Assembly (NCBI GenBank): GCA_963790365.1
Contig: CAWBOU010000016.1
Location: 141,783 to 205,782 of the forward strand
Length of the DNA stretch: 64,000 bases
Direction of reading: 5' to 3'
From: an uncultured delta proteobacterium
GTDB taxonomy: Bacteria; Desulfobacterota; Binatia; JACPRU01
Shown: in pieces, positions 19,537 to 27,685 of the stretch
How the letters are laid out: the number at the start of each line of letters is the position of its first letter
Numbering within the stretch: the first letter of the stretch is position 1
Made by a program: the position numbers and the translations under genes
Notes under the pieces: generated by a model
Database searches by the model: none
Told to the model about the DNA's origin: nothing
The model's input: the letters and a program-made list of their open reading frames with translations, nothing else

Positions 19537-21146
19537 TCGCCGCCGAGCTCGAAGGCGATCAACAGCGAGCCGATGGGGATCGTCATGACCTGCTTGCCGC
19601 GGCTCAGGAACGTGATGGGACTCGCGAAGACGCGGCCGCCGCCCTGGAAATGCCAGAGATCTTTCCCGGTACGAGCGTCGAGGGCGTAGAAGTTACCACT
19701 GTCCGTCGCGGAAAAGACGACATTTCCCGCGGTCGACAGCACGCCGGCCCAGGGTGGAGCGTTGACCCGGTGCCGCCAGCGGATCTCTCCGGTCTCGGGC
19801 ACCATGGCGATCAACCAACCCCAGCGCTCGTCGAAGCGAAAGCTCGGACCGCCGCCGCCGCTGCCACCGAGGAACGGCTCGCCGGGCCGAAATTCCGGCG
19901 CCTCCGACTTGAAGAGGCGTCGGCGCTCTTCGCGGGCGGAGAAATACAGCAGCTTCGTCTTCGGGTGGTAGCTCGGCGACATCCAATTCGCGCCGCCGTC
20001 GACGCCCGGCCAGATGCTTTCGTTTCCTTCGGGCGTCGGCTCCTGTCCGGGATTGAGCACCGGACGTCCATCGGCGGCGATCTCCTTCGCCCAGGTGACT
20101 TTCACGTACGGCTTGGCGAGCAGGAACTCGCCGGTCTCGCGGTCGAGGACGTAGTGAAATCCGTTCCGATTCGGCGTGACGACGAGCTTGCGCGGCCGCC
20201 CGCCGAAGCTCGAGTCGAGCAGCACCGGCACCTGGGTCGCGTCCCAGTCGTTCGTGTCGTGAGGCGTGAACTGGAAATGCCACTTCAGCTTGCCGGTGTC
20301 GGCGTCGAGCGCGAGGAGCGAGCACGTGTAGAGATTGTCGCCCGGGCGGACGTCGCGGTTGAAGTTGGGGCCGGGGTTTCCGCTACCCCAGTAGACGAGG
20401 TTCAGCTTCGGATCGAAGGAGCCCGTGACCCACGTCGGGCCGCCGCCGTGCTTCCAGGAATCGCCGCTCCAGGTCTCCGAGCCGGGTTCGCCGGGCTCGG
20501 GAACGGTCCAGAAGCGCCACAGGCGTTCGCCGGTCTTCGCGTCGTACGCGTCGACGAAGCCGCGAATGCCCCCTTCGCCACCCGCGATCCCGACGATCAC
20601 TTTGTCGTCGAGCGCGAGCGGGGCGCCGGTGGACGAATAGTTGAGCTTCGCGTCGGCGAGCTGTCGCCGCCAGAGGACGCTGCCGGAGCGCGCGTCGAGC
20701 GCGAAGAGGTGAGCATCGAACGTCGCGAAGAAGAGCGTACGGCCGAGCATCGCGAGACCGCGGTTCACCTGCCCGCAACAGGCGAAGACCTTGTCGCGGA
20801 TGGGGTAGCGAAACGTCCACAGCGTGAGGCCCGTCTCCGCGTCGATCGCGAGAACGTCCGCCGGAGGACGCGTGACGTACATGACCCCGTCGACCACGAT
20901 CGGCGTCGTCTCGATCTTCGCGCCCCCGAGCTGATGGATCCATTTCACGCGCAAGCGACCGACGTTCGCGGCCGTGATCTGGTCGAGCGCGCTGTAGTGG
21001 TGGCTACGATAGTCGCCGCTGTACGTGAGCCAGTTCTCCGGCTCTCCGGCGGCCGCGAGCAGGCGCTCGTAGGTGACCTCTCTCGCGCGGGCGGGCTCGG
21101 CCAAGGCGATGACGACGAGCGCCGTCGCGAAGAGGAGGCGGACCAT
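19533..21146 (-). CDS. PQQ-dependent dehydrogenase (methanol/ethanol quinoprotein family)
   Basis: Track ORF. It has a signal peptide, 'NWLTYSGDYRSHHYSALDQI', the vicinal Cys pair 'FACCGQVNRG', and the propeller repeats 'ALDARSGSVLW', 'AYDAKTGERLW' and 'ALDADTGKLKW'. Confidence 0.85.
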   Translation of the reverse strand: MVRLLFATALVVIALAEPARAREVTYERLLAAAGEPENWLTYSGDYRSHHYSALDQITAANVGRLRVKWIHQLGGAKIETTPIVVDGVMYVTRPPADVLAIDAETGLTLWTFRYPIRDKVFACCGQVNRGLAMLGRTLFFATFDAHLFALDARSGSVLWRRQLADAKLNYSSTGAPLALDDKVIVGIAGGEGGIRGFVDAYDAKTGERLWRFWTVPEPGEPGSETWSGDSWKHGGGPTWVTGSFDPKLNLVYWGSGNPGPNFNRDVRPGDNLYTCSLLALDADTGKLKWHFQFTPHDTNDWDATQVPVLLDSSFGGRPRKLVVTPNRNGFHYVLDRETGEFLLAKPYVKVTWAKEIAADGRPVLNPGQEPTPEGNESIWPGVDGGANWMSPSYHPKTKLLYFSAREERRRLFKSEAPEFRPGEPFLGGSGGGGPSFRFDERWGWLIAMVPETGEIRWRHRVNAPPWAGVLSTAGNVVFSATDSGNFYALDARTGKDLWHFQGGGRVFASPITFLSRGKQVMTIPIGSLLIAFELGGE

Positions 21147-21242
21147 GCGCGAGACCTCCTAGATCGCGATCGGCTCCGCGGCAACAGCGGCTTGACAACC
21201 CTCGGGTCGCGTGGGACGCCCGCCGACCGACCGGACGTCGAA

Positions 21243-23504
21243 ATGATTCGATCGCGACGAACTTTCCTCACCGCGTCGGTGCGTGGGCTGCTCTTCGCCG
21301 CTCTCTGCATCGCGTGCAGCAAGCCACCGCCGCCGAACGTCTTGATCGTGACGTTCGACACCGCTCGTTACGATCGGTTCGGGTTCGCCGGGGATCCGCA
21401 CGCGGTCACTCCCCACGTCGACTCGCTCGCAGCCCGTGGCGTGAGCTTCGATCAGGCTTACTCGAGCGTACCGCTCACCCTTCCCGCGCACACCACGATG
21501 ATGACCGGGCTCGAGCCGTTCGAGCACGGCGTGCACAACAACGGCCACTTTCAGGTGCCGGACTCCGTGCCGACGCTCGCCGAGATCTTGCGGAACGCTG
21601 GATACGACACGGCCGCGTTCGTCTCCGCCGCCGTGCTCGAGGCACAGCACAAGCTCTCTCGCGGTTTCGACGTCTACGACGACGACACGAACAAGCGAAG
21701 CGGCACGCTCGACACGAGCGTGCCGAAGCGGCGCGGTGACGAGACGACCACCGCGGCGATCCGCTGGCTCGACCGGCGAAGCCGGGGCTCTCGGCCCTTC
21801 TTCCTCTGGATCCATTACTTCGACCCCCATCGTCCCTACCAACTGCCGGCGGCCTACGAGAGAAAGAGCGACCGCTACGCCGCGTCGATCTCGTTCGCCG
21901 ATGCCGAGCTCGGGCGCGTTCTCGAACGGGTCGCCGACGTCGAAGGCGAGCGCGGAACGCTCGTGCTCTTCACGTCGGACCACGGCGAGGGTCTCGGCGA
22001 GCACGGCGAGTCGACGCATGGGCTCGTGGCGTACGACTCGACCTTGCGGGTTCCGCTGATCATGAGCGGCCCCGGCGTCCCGAGCGGCATCCGCAGCGCG
22101 GTGCTGACGGGCCACGCGGACATGGTGCCGACGGTCCTCGCCGCCACCGACTTGCGGGCACCGTCGCCGGTCTCGGGTCGGAGCCTCTTCGACGCTGCTC
22201 GCGAAGACACGTCCGACGCCGACTCCGCGGTGCGGTACTTCGAATGCGAAGCGGCGCACTTCGAGTTCGGATGGGCGCCGCTCGCCGGCATGCGCACGGC
22301 TCGTTGGAAGTACACGGCGACGCCCGATCCGCCGGAGCTCTACGACGTGCTCGCGGATCCCCACGAGCTCCACGACCTCGTCGATCGAGAGCCCGAGGTG
22401 CGCGTGAGAATGGAGGAACGGTGGGCGAAGATCCGCGCGCGACGTGAGGCGGGCACGCCCGATGCACGGCTCGTCGGCGTCTCGCTCGAGACCATGGAGC
22501 GACTCGCCGCGCTCGGGTACGTGCAAGCGCCGCAGACGTTCGCACCCGGGGAGCAGCCGGACCCGCGTAAGTTCGTTGCCACACAGGATTGGATGGATCG
22601 CGCCCGCGATCTCGCTCGCGCGGGCAAGTTCGCTCCCGCGATCGAGCAGCTCGAAGCGCTCCGTCAGAGCTCCTCGATCCGCGTGCTCGTGCTCCGCACC
22701 TTGGCGCCGATGTATGCGGAGGCGGGTCGGCTGGAGGACTCGATCCGCACGTTTCGCGAGTACATCGATCTCGCGCAGACCGAGGAATCGCGGCTCGGCC
22801 TCGCGCGCGTCCTGATCGCGGCCGATCGCTCGGCGGAGGCGCTCGCGTTGCTCGACGGGCTCGAGCAGCGCGACGCGGCGAGCGTGGTCACGCTTCGCGC
22901 GGTCGCGCTCGCCGATCTGGGGCGCCGGGACGAGGCGCGAGCGTTGATCGACGAGAAGCTCGAAGGCACCGAACGCCAGCGGCTGCGAGCGGTCGTGGTG
23001 ATCGAAGGCGCGCCCTTCGACGGCGGCGAAGCGGAGTTGCGTGCTCTCGCCGCCGAAGCGCCGGATGATCCGCGGTTGAAGAGTTGGCTCGGATACTACC
23101 TCGCGATCTGGGGTCGGCCCGACCAGGCGGAGGAGGCGCTCCGGCTGCTGCGGGCGACCGCGAAGGCGCATCCCCTCGACGCCGAGTTCCACGCCAACCT
23201 CGGTTGGGCTGCGTATCGACTCGGGCAGAACGACGAGGCGCTCGCCGAGCTCGCGGCGGCGCTCCGCATCGACGGCACTCGACAGCGAGATCGCTTCCGT
23301 CTCGCGTTCGCGCTCGCTCGGCACGGCGAACGCGAGCGCGCGATCGGTCTCTTGAAGGACGCGGTCGCCGCTCGACCGGGCGCCGCGTGGGCGAAAGAGG
23401 AGGCACCGCGGATGATCGCGTTGCTCGAACGGTCGACGAACGGGCGACCGCAAGGAAAGAAGGCCGAAGCGTCGCTGCGCGAGCTCGCGCGCGCGGGGGA
23501 CTGA
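21243..23504 (+). CDS. Sulfatase-like (PF00884-type) hydrolase/transferase fused to C-terminal TPR; lipoprotein (paralogue S1)
   Basis: This is the in-frame part of track 19650..23504, from ATG 21243 (MIRSRRTFL..CIAC). It has 'NVLIVTFDTARYDRFG', 'PLTLPAHTTMMTGLEPFEHGVHNN', 'FLWIHYFDPHRPY', 'FTSDHGEGLGEHGE' and the hinge 'LAALGYV', followed by TPR-like helices. Confidence 0.85.
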   Translation: MIRSRRTFLTASVRGLLFAALCIACSKPPPPNVLIVTFDTARYDRFGFAGDPHAVTPHVDSLAARGVSFDQAYSSVPLTLPAHTTMMTGLEPFEHGVHNNGHFQVPDSVPTLAEILRNAGYDTAAFVSAAVLEAQHKLSRGFDVYDDDTNKRSGTLDTSVPKRRGDETTTAAIRWLDRRSRGSRPFFLWIHYFDPHRPYQLPAAYERKSDRYAASISFADAELGRVLERVADVEGERGTLVLFTSDHGEGLGEHGESTHGLVAYDSTLRVPLIMSGPGVPSGIRSAVLTGHADMVPTVLAATDLRAPSPVSGRSLFDAAREDTSDADSAVRYFECEAAHFEFGWAPLAGMRTARWKYTATPDPPELYDVLADPHELHDLVDREPEVRVRMEERWAKIRARREAGTPDARLVGVSLETMERLAALGYVQAPQTFAPGEQPDPRKFVATQDWMDRARDLARAGKFAPAIEQLEALRQSSSIRVLVLRTLAPMYAEAGRLEDSIRTFREYIDLAQTEESRLGLARVLIAADRSAEALALLDGLEQRDAASVVTLRAVALADLGRRDEARALIDEKLEGTERQRLRAVVVIEGAPFDGGEAELRALAAEAPDDPRLKSWLGYYLAIWGRPDQAEEALRLLRATAKAHPLDAEFHANLGWAAYRLGQNDEALAELAAALRIDGTRQRDRFRLAFALARHGERERAIGLLKDAVAARPGAAWAKEEAPRMIALLERSTNGRPQGKKAEASLRELARAGD

Positions 23505-23513
23505 GGGCGGCGG

Positions 23514-25253
23514 CTAGAAGGGGCGGAGCGACGCCGGCTGCGAGGTTCGTTGCCCGATCTCGCCGAGGTGCCGCTCGACCCGGCGCGCGAGCTTCCGGTT
23601 GCCGCCTTCGGTGGCGAGCTCGAGCGCTCGGCGATGATGCGACAGCGCCTCGTCGAGCACGCCTTGCCGTTCGAGCGCAGTCGCGAGCTGGAAGTGGGCG
23701 GTTGCGCGCTCTGGCTGCACCCGCACTGCTTCGCGGAAGGCCGCGACGGCCTCGTCACCGTGTCCTTCGCGCGCGAGCGCCGCGCCGAGACAGAGGTGCC
23801 CGGCGATCTTGGCCGGGGCGGCTTCGATCGCGGCGCGACAATGTGCGATCCGTTCGGCCGCGGGCGCACGCCGCGCCTCGAGCATCTCCAGCGAGAACCG
23901 CGCTTCACGGTGATCGGGTTGGACCGCGAGCGCGACTCGCAGCGGCTCGAATGCCTCTCCCTCCCGGTCGGCGACGGTCAGCGCGCGTCCGAGCTCGAAT
24001 TGTCCCTGAGCGTAGTCGGGCAAGACGTCGGTGAGCGCTCGATAGCGCTCGATCTTCGGAACCTGATCGTACGATTGCGCGAGCCCGAGGAGAACGACGG
24101 GAAGGACGAACGCGGCCCAAGCGGCGCCGTGCTGGCGGCTGCTGGCGATCCGGCCGAGCACGCGCTCCGGTCCACTGCTGCCGAGCGTCTGGCGCGTCTC
24201 GGGCTCGCGCAGCTTCCAGATGAAGCCGTCGTAATAGAAGTGAAGGAGCGCGGAGGTGACGAGCAGACCTTCCAGCGTCTTCTTCAGCGTGGACGCGTCG
24301 AAGCCGTCGGCGACGAATGCGAGTGAGCCGTAAGCGAGCACCAAGCCGACGTACGCTCCGACCAGCGCTCCGCTCCGGCGGAAAAGGAAACGAGTGAAGC
24401 CACCGACGGTCGAGTCCATGTCGACGCGCTTCAAGTTGAACATCCACACGATCGCCAGGTACTGAACGTCGTGGAAGAGCTCGAAGATCGCCTCGCCGAC
24501 GAGCGGATGCGCGATCGTCACGCCGGTCACCCACCAGCTCGCGAAGCTGACCGCCATGAGCGTGAGCTTGATCGGGTTCCATTGCGTGCGGGCGCCGGGC
24601 TCGAGGAGCGCCTTCGCGTAGACGAGCGTGACGAGCACGGTGCCGAGCACCCAGACGTGTCGTGCCGCGCTCAGTAGCTCGACGCCGAGGTACGGACCGC
24701 CGCAGGCATAGAACGTCTCGAGCAAGGGGCCCAATCGCGGCGTCGACCACAGGGTGCCGATGCCGAACCAGGCGACGCACATGGCGAGATCCAGTCGCGC
24801 CATGCGCGCGTCCAACCGCCCGGCGCGCGCGTCGTAGATGCGCAGAAAGCCGTACGTCTGCATCATCCCGTGCCACATCGCCCACGCGACGGAGATCAGG
24901 AAGACGCCGCGCAGCCCGACGATGCTCGAGTAGACGCACGCGGCGACGAGGAGCGCCGGCACGATCGTGAACCGCGCGCGGAAGCGCTGGAACAACGCGC
25001 GATCACCGTAGGCGCGAATCATCCCGGGTAAGTGATGGCCGGTCGCGCAGAAGGTGGCGACGAAGAGCGAGATCTCGGTCCACGACCAGCGGGCGTGGGC
25101 GCCCCAGAGCAGCGGTCCGGCGAGCAGCGGCGTGAGGACGATCAGCGCGAGATCCGCCGGCCCGCCGATGATCCACCGCGACCCGCGGAGCGCTGGCGCG
25201 GCGGTGGCGACGCCGGGTGACGTCGAGGCGTAGGCGGAGCTCGGTGCGCTCAT
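23514..25253 (-). CDS. Polytopic membrane protein with conserved His motifs fused to C-terminal TPR
   Basis: Track ORF 23514..25514. I start it at ATG 25253 (MSAPSSAY). It has about 10 hydrophobic helices carrying 'TGHHLPGMIRAYGD', 'AMWHGMMQTYGF', 'ELFHDVQYLAIVW' and 'LLHFYYDGFIWKLRE'. The C-terminal ~200 aa are TPR-like. I recognise no family name. Confidence 0.6.
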   Translation of the reverse strand: MSAPSSAYASTSPGVATAAPALRGSRWIIGGPADLALIVLTPLLAGPLLWGAHARWSWTEISLFVATFCATGHHLPGMIRAYGDRALFQRFRARFTIVPALLVAACVYSSIVGLRGVFLISVAWAMWHGMMQTYGFLRIYDARAGRLDARMARLDLAMCVAWFGIGTLWSTPRLGPLLETFYACGGPYLGVELLSAARHVWVLGTVLVTLVYAKALLEPGARTQWNPIKLTLMAVSFASWWVTGVTIAHPLVGEAIFELFHDVQYLAIVWMFNLKRVDMDSTVGGFTRFLFRRSGALVGAYVGLVLAYGSLAFVADGFDASTLKKTLEGLLVTSALLHFYYDGFIWKLREPETRQTLGSSGPERVLGRIASSRQHGAAWAAFVLPVVLLGLAQSYDQVPKIERYRALTDVLPDYAQGQFELGRALTVADREGEAFEPLRVALAVQPDHREARFSLEMLEARRAPAAERIAHCRAAIEAAPAKIAGHLCLGAALAREGHGDEAVAAFREAVRVQPERATAHFQLATALERQGVLDEALSHHRRALELATEGGNRKLARRVERHLGEIGQRTSQPASLRPF

Positions 25254-25416
25254 GCCGCTCGGTCTTCTCGCAGGCTCTAGCATCCGGCCGAGAGGGTTGC
25301 CACCGGCTTGACGCCCATCAGTCCGGCTGTCACAACGGCCCGCTATCGCAGTGTTCATCTCCGTACCCCGGCCGTCCCTGCGTCTGCGACTCGTCGGAGC
25401 GCCGCTCGGGAGGAAA

Positions 25417-27651
25417 GTGAGCAAGCTCGGCGGTTGCGTCGTCCTCGCGATCGCGCTCGCCGGCTGCACCCGAACGCCGCCACCGAACGTCTTGATCGTG
25501 ACCCTCGATACCACCCGCTACGATCGCTTCGGCTACAGCGGCGACGAAGAAGCGAAGACTCCCGTCACGGATGCGCTCGCCCGCCGCGGGGTTGCGTTCG
25601 ATCAGGCCTTTGCCAGCACGCCGCTGACGCTGCCCTCGCACACCTCGATCCTGACGGGCCTCGAGCCGTTCGAGCACCGTGTGCGCAACAACGGAAACTT
25701 CAAGGTGCCCGAGGGGCTCGACACGCTGGCGGAGCGGTTGACGAGCGCCGGCTACGACACTGCGGCGTTCGTCTCGGCGATGGTCTTGCACTCGCGCTAC
25801 GGCCTGAACCAGGGCTTCGCGACGTACGACGACCAGATCTCCGCCGCCCGCAAAGTCCTCGACTTCACGATCCCCCGCCGCCACGGCACGGAGACGACCG
25901 AAGCGGCGCTCGGCTGGTTGCGCGCGCGCCCCGCCGACCGACCGTTCTTTCTCTGGGTGCACTACTTCGATGCTCACATGCCGCACGAGCTGAAGCCGCC
26001 CTACGACTCGGTGGCGGACGGCTACGCGGCGGCTTTGTCCTACCAGGACGAGGAGCTCGGTCGCCTGCTCGATGGCGTCGCCGGGGCCGAGGGCAAACGA
26101 GGAACGATCGTCGTCTTGACCGCGGATCACGGGGAGAGCCTCGGCGAACATGGCGAGAAGACGCATGGCACCGTCGCCTACGATTCGACGCTGCACGTTC
26201 CGCTCATCGTCGCGGGCCCCGGTGTTCCGGCCGGCCGTCGCAGCGACGCCTACGTCCGGCACGCCGACATCTTCCCGACGGTGATGGACGCGACGGGCCT
26301 CGCGAGCTCTACGCCGCTTTCCGGGCGAAGCTTGGTGCGGCTCGCGCGGAAAGCATCGGACGACGAAACGGTCGTCGGATACTTCGAGAACCACGGGCCT
26401 CACGAAGATCTCGGCTGGAGCAAGATCGAGGGTGTGCGGAACGCACGGTGGAAATACACGGCGTTGCCCGAGCCGGCCGAGCTCTACGACGTCCGCGCGG
26501 ACCCGGAAGAAGCTCTGAACTTGATCGAGTCGAGCCCCGAGGCCCGCGAGCAGATGGAGTCGCTCTGGCACGACTTGCCTCGCGTTCAGGAGGCGGAGTC
26601 GGAGGAGGCGCGTCTCGACGAGGTGACGGCCGAGGCGCGCGAGCAGCTCGCGTCACTCGGCTACGTCCAGGCGCGACGGGAGTTCGCTGCGGGGGACGCC
26701 CCCGATCCGCGCAAGTTCGTATCGGTGCATGACTGGGTGGAGGCGGCAGCGTTTCTCGCGAGCGCGGGGCGCTACGCGGAGGCGCTCGAGCGCCTGGAGA
26801 CGCTCGCCCGGAGCCCGTCGGTCGAAGTGCTCGTGCTCCGCACGCTCGCTCCCGTGTACTCGCTCCTCGGACGGCTCGAGGATTCGATCGGCGCGTATCG
26901 ACGCTACGCCGAGCTGACCGGCGCGGAGGATGCCCACCTCGGGCTCGCGCAAACGCTTCTCCGCGCCAAGCGACCGGAGGAGGCGCTCGCCGAGCTGGAG
27001 CGCCTCGATGCGCGATCTTGGAAGGTCGCCACCGAGCGCGCCGCCGTCCTCGTTCGACTCGGACGCGGCGCCGAAGCACGCGCCGCGATCGATCTCGCAT
27101 TCGCCGCGCCCGAGCTACAGCGAGAGCGTCTCACGCGGCGCTCGGCGTTGGTGATGGAGCGTCCGCCCGACGCCGACGGGGAACGTGAGTTGCGAAGCCT
27201 CCTCGCCGAGGCTCCGGATGATCCGCTGTTGAAGAGCCGACTCGGGACTTACCTCGTCCGGCTCGGGCGCCGCGAGCACGGCGACGAAGCGCTCGTGCTG
27301 CTCCGTTCGGCAGCGGCCTCGAGCCCGGACGATTTCGAGTTGCTCGCGAGCCTGGGTTCGGCGGAGTTCGAGCTCGGATACGACGAGCAAGCGATCGCGA
27401 CGTTGCAAAACGCGCTGCGCATCGGTGGGCGGCGGCCCGGTGACCTCTACCGGATCGCGCTGCCGATGCTTCGCCGCGGCGATCGCGAAGGCGCGCTCAC
27501 GAGCTTGCGGGAGGCGCTCGACCGCGAGCCCGGCGCGCGATGGGCGAAGAATGCTCGCCGCCTCGTCGCGAAAATCGAGCGCGCCGTGCAGGCCGAAGCG
27601 AAGAAGTCGAGCCATGCGTCGCCGACGCAGAAAGCGAACCGAAAAAGTTGA
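25417..27651 (+). CDS. Sulfatase-like hydrolase/transferase-TPR fusion; lipoprotein (paralogue S2)
   Basis: Track ORF 25351..27651. I prefer GTG 25417, which has GGAGGA upstream (VSKLGGCVVLAIALAGC). It has 'NVLIVTLDTTRYDRFG', 'PLTLPSHTSILTGLEPFEHRVRNN', 'FLWVHYFDAHMPH', 'LTADHGESLGEHGE' and 'LASLGYV', followed by TPR. Confidence 0.85.
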   Translation: MSKLGGCVVLAIALAGCTRTPPPNVLIVTLDTTRYDRFGYSGDEEAKTPVTDALARRGVAFDQAFASTPLTLPSHTSILTGLEPFEHRVRNNGNFKVPEGLDTLAERLTSAGYDTAAFVSAMVLHSRYGLNQGFATYDDQISAARKVLDFTIPRRHGTETTEAALGWLRARPADRPFFLWVHYFDAHMPHELKPPYDSVADGYAAALSYQDEELGRLLDGVAGAEGKRGTIVVLTADHGESLGEHGEKTHGTVAYDSTLHVPLIVAGPGVPAGRRSDAYVRHADIFPTVMDATGLASSTPLSGRSLVRLARKASDDETVVGYFENHGPHEDLGWSKIEGVRNARWKYTALPEPAELYDVRADPEEALNLIESSPEAREQMESLWHDLPRVQEAESEEARLDEVTAEAREQLASLGYVQARREFAAGDAPDPRKFVSVHDWVEAAAFLASAGRYAEALERLETLARSPSVEVLVLRTLAPVYSLLGRLEDSIGAYRRYAELTGAEDAHLGLAQTLLRAKRPEEALAELERLDARSWKVATERAAVLVRLGRGAEARAAIDLAFAAPELQRERLTRRSALVMERPPDADGERELRSLLAEAPDDPLLKSRLGTYLVRLGRREHGDEALVLLRSAAASSPDDFELLASLGSAEFELGYDEQAIATLQNALRIGGRRPGDLYRIALPMLRRGDREGALTSLREALDREPGARWAKNARRLVAKIERAVQAEAKKSSHASPTQKANRKS

Positions 27652-27685
27652 AAGGGCGCGGCGTCTGCCGCGATTGAGGGAAGCG

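Noticed and set aside
19650-21242. The N-terminal ~530 aa of the 1284-aa track ORF 19650..23504.
   Set aside because: This part is antisense to the PQQ dehydrogenase and has no motifs. The real gene starts at ATG 21243, where the lipoprotein signal and sulfatase-like domain begin.
21330-21361. Two minus-strand ORFs start with nearly the same peptide: MSNVTIKTFGGGG at 21361 and MVSRVTIKTFGGG at 25514. This looked like a conserved small-gene start.
   Set aside because: It is just the reverse-complement reading of the conserved + strand 'PPPNVLIVT(F/L)D' codons of S1 and S2.
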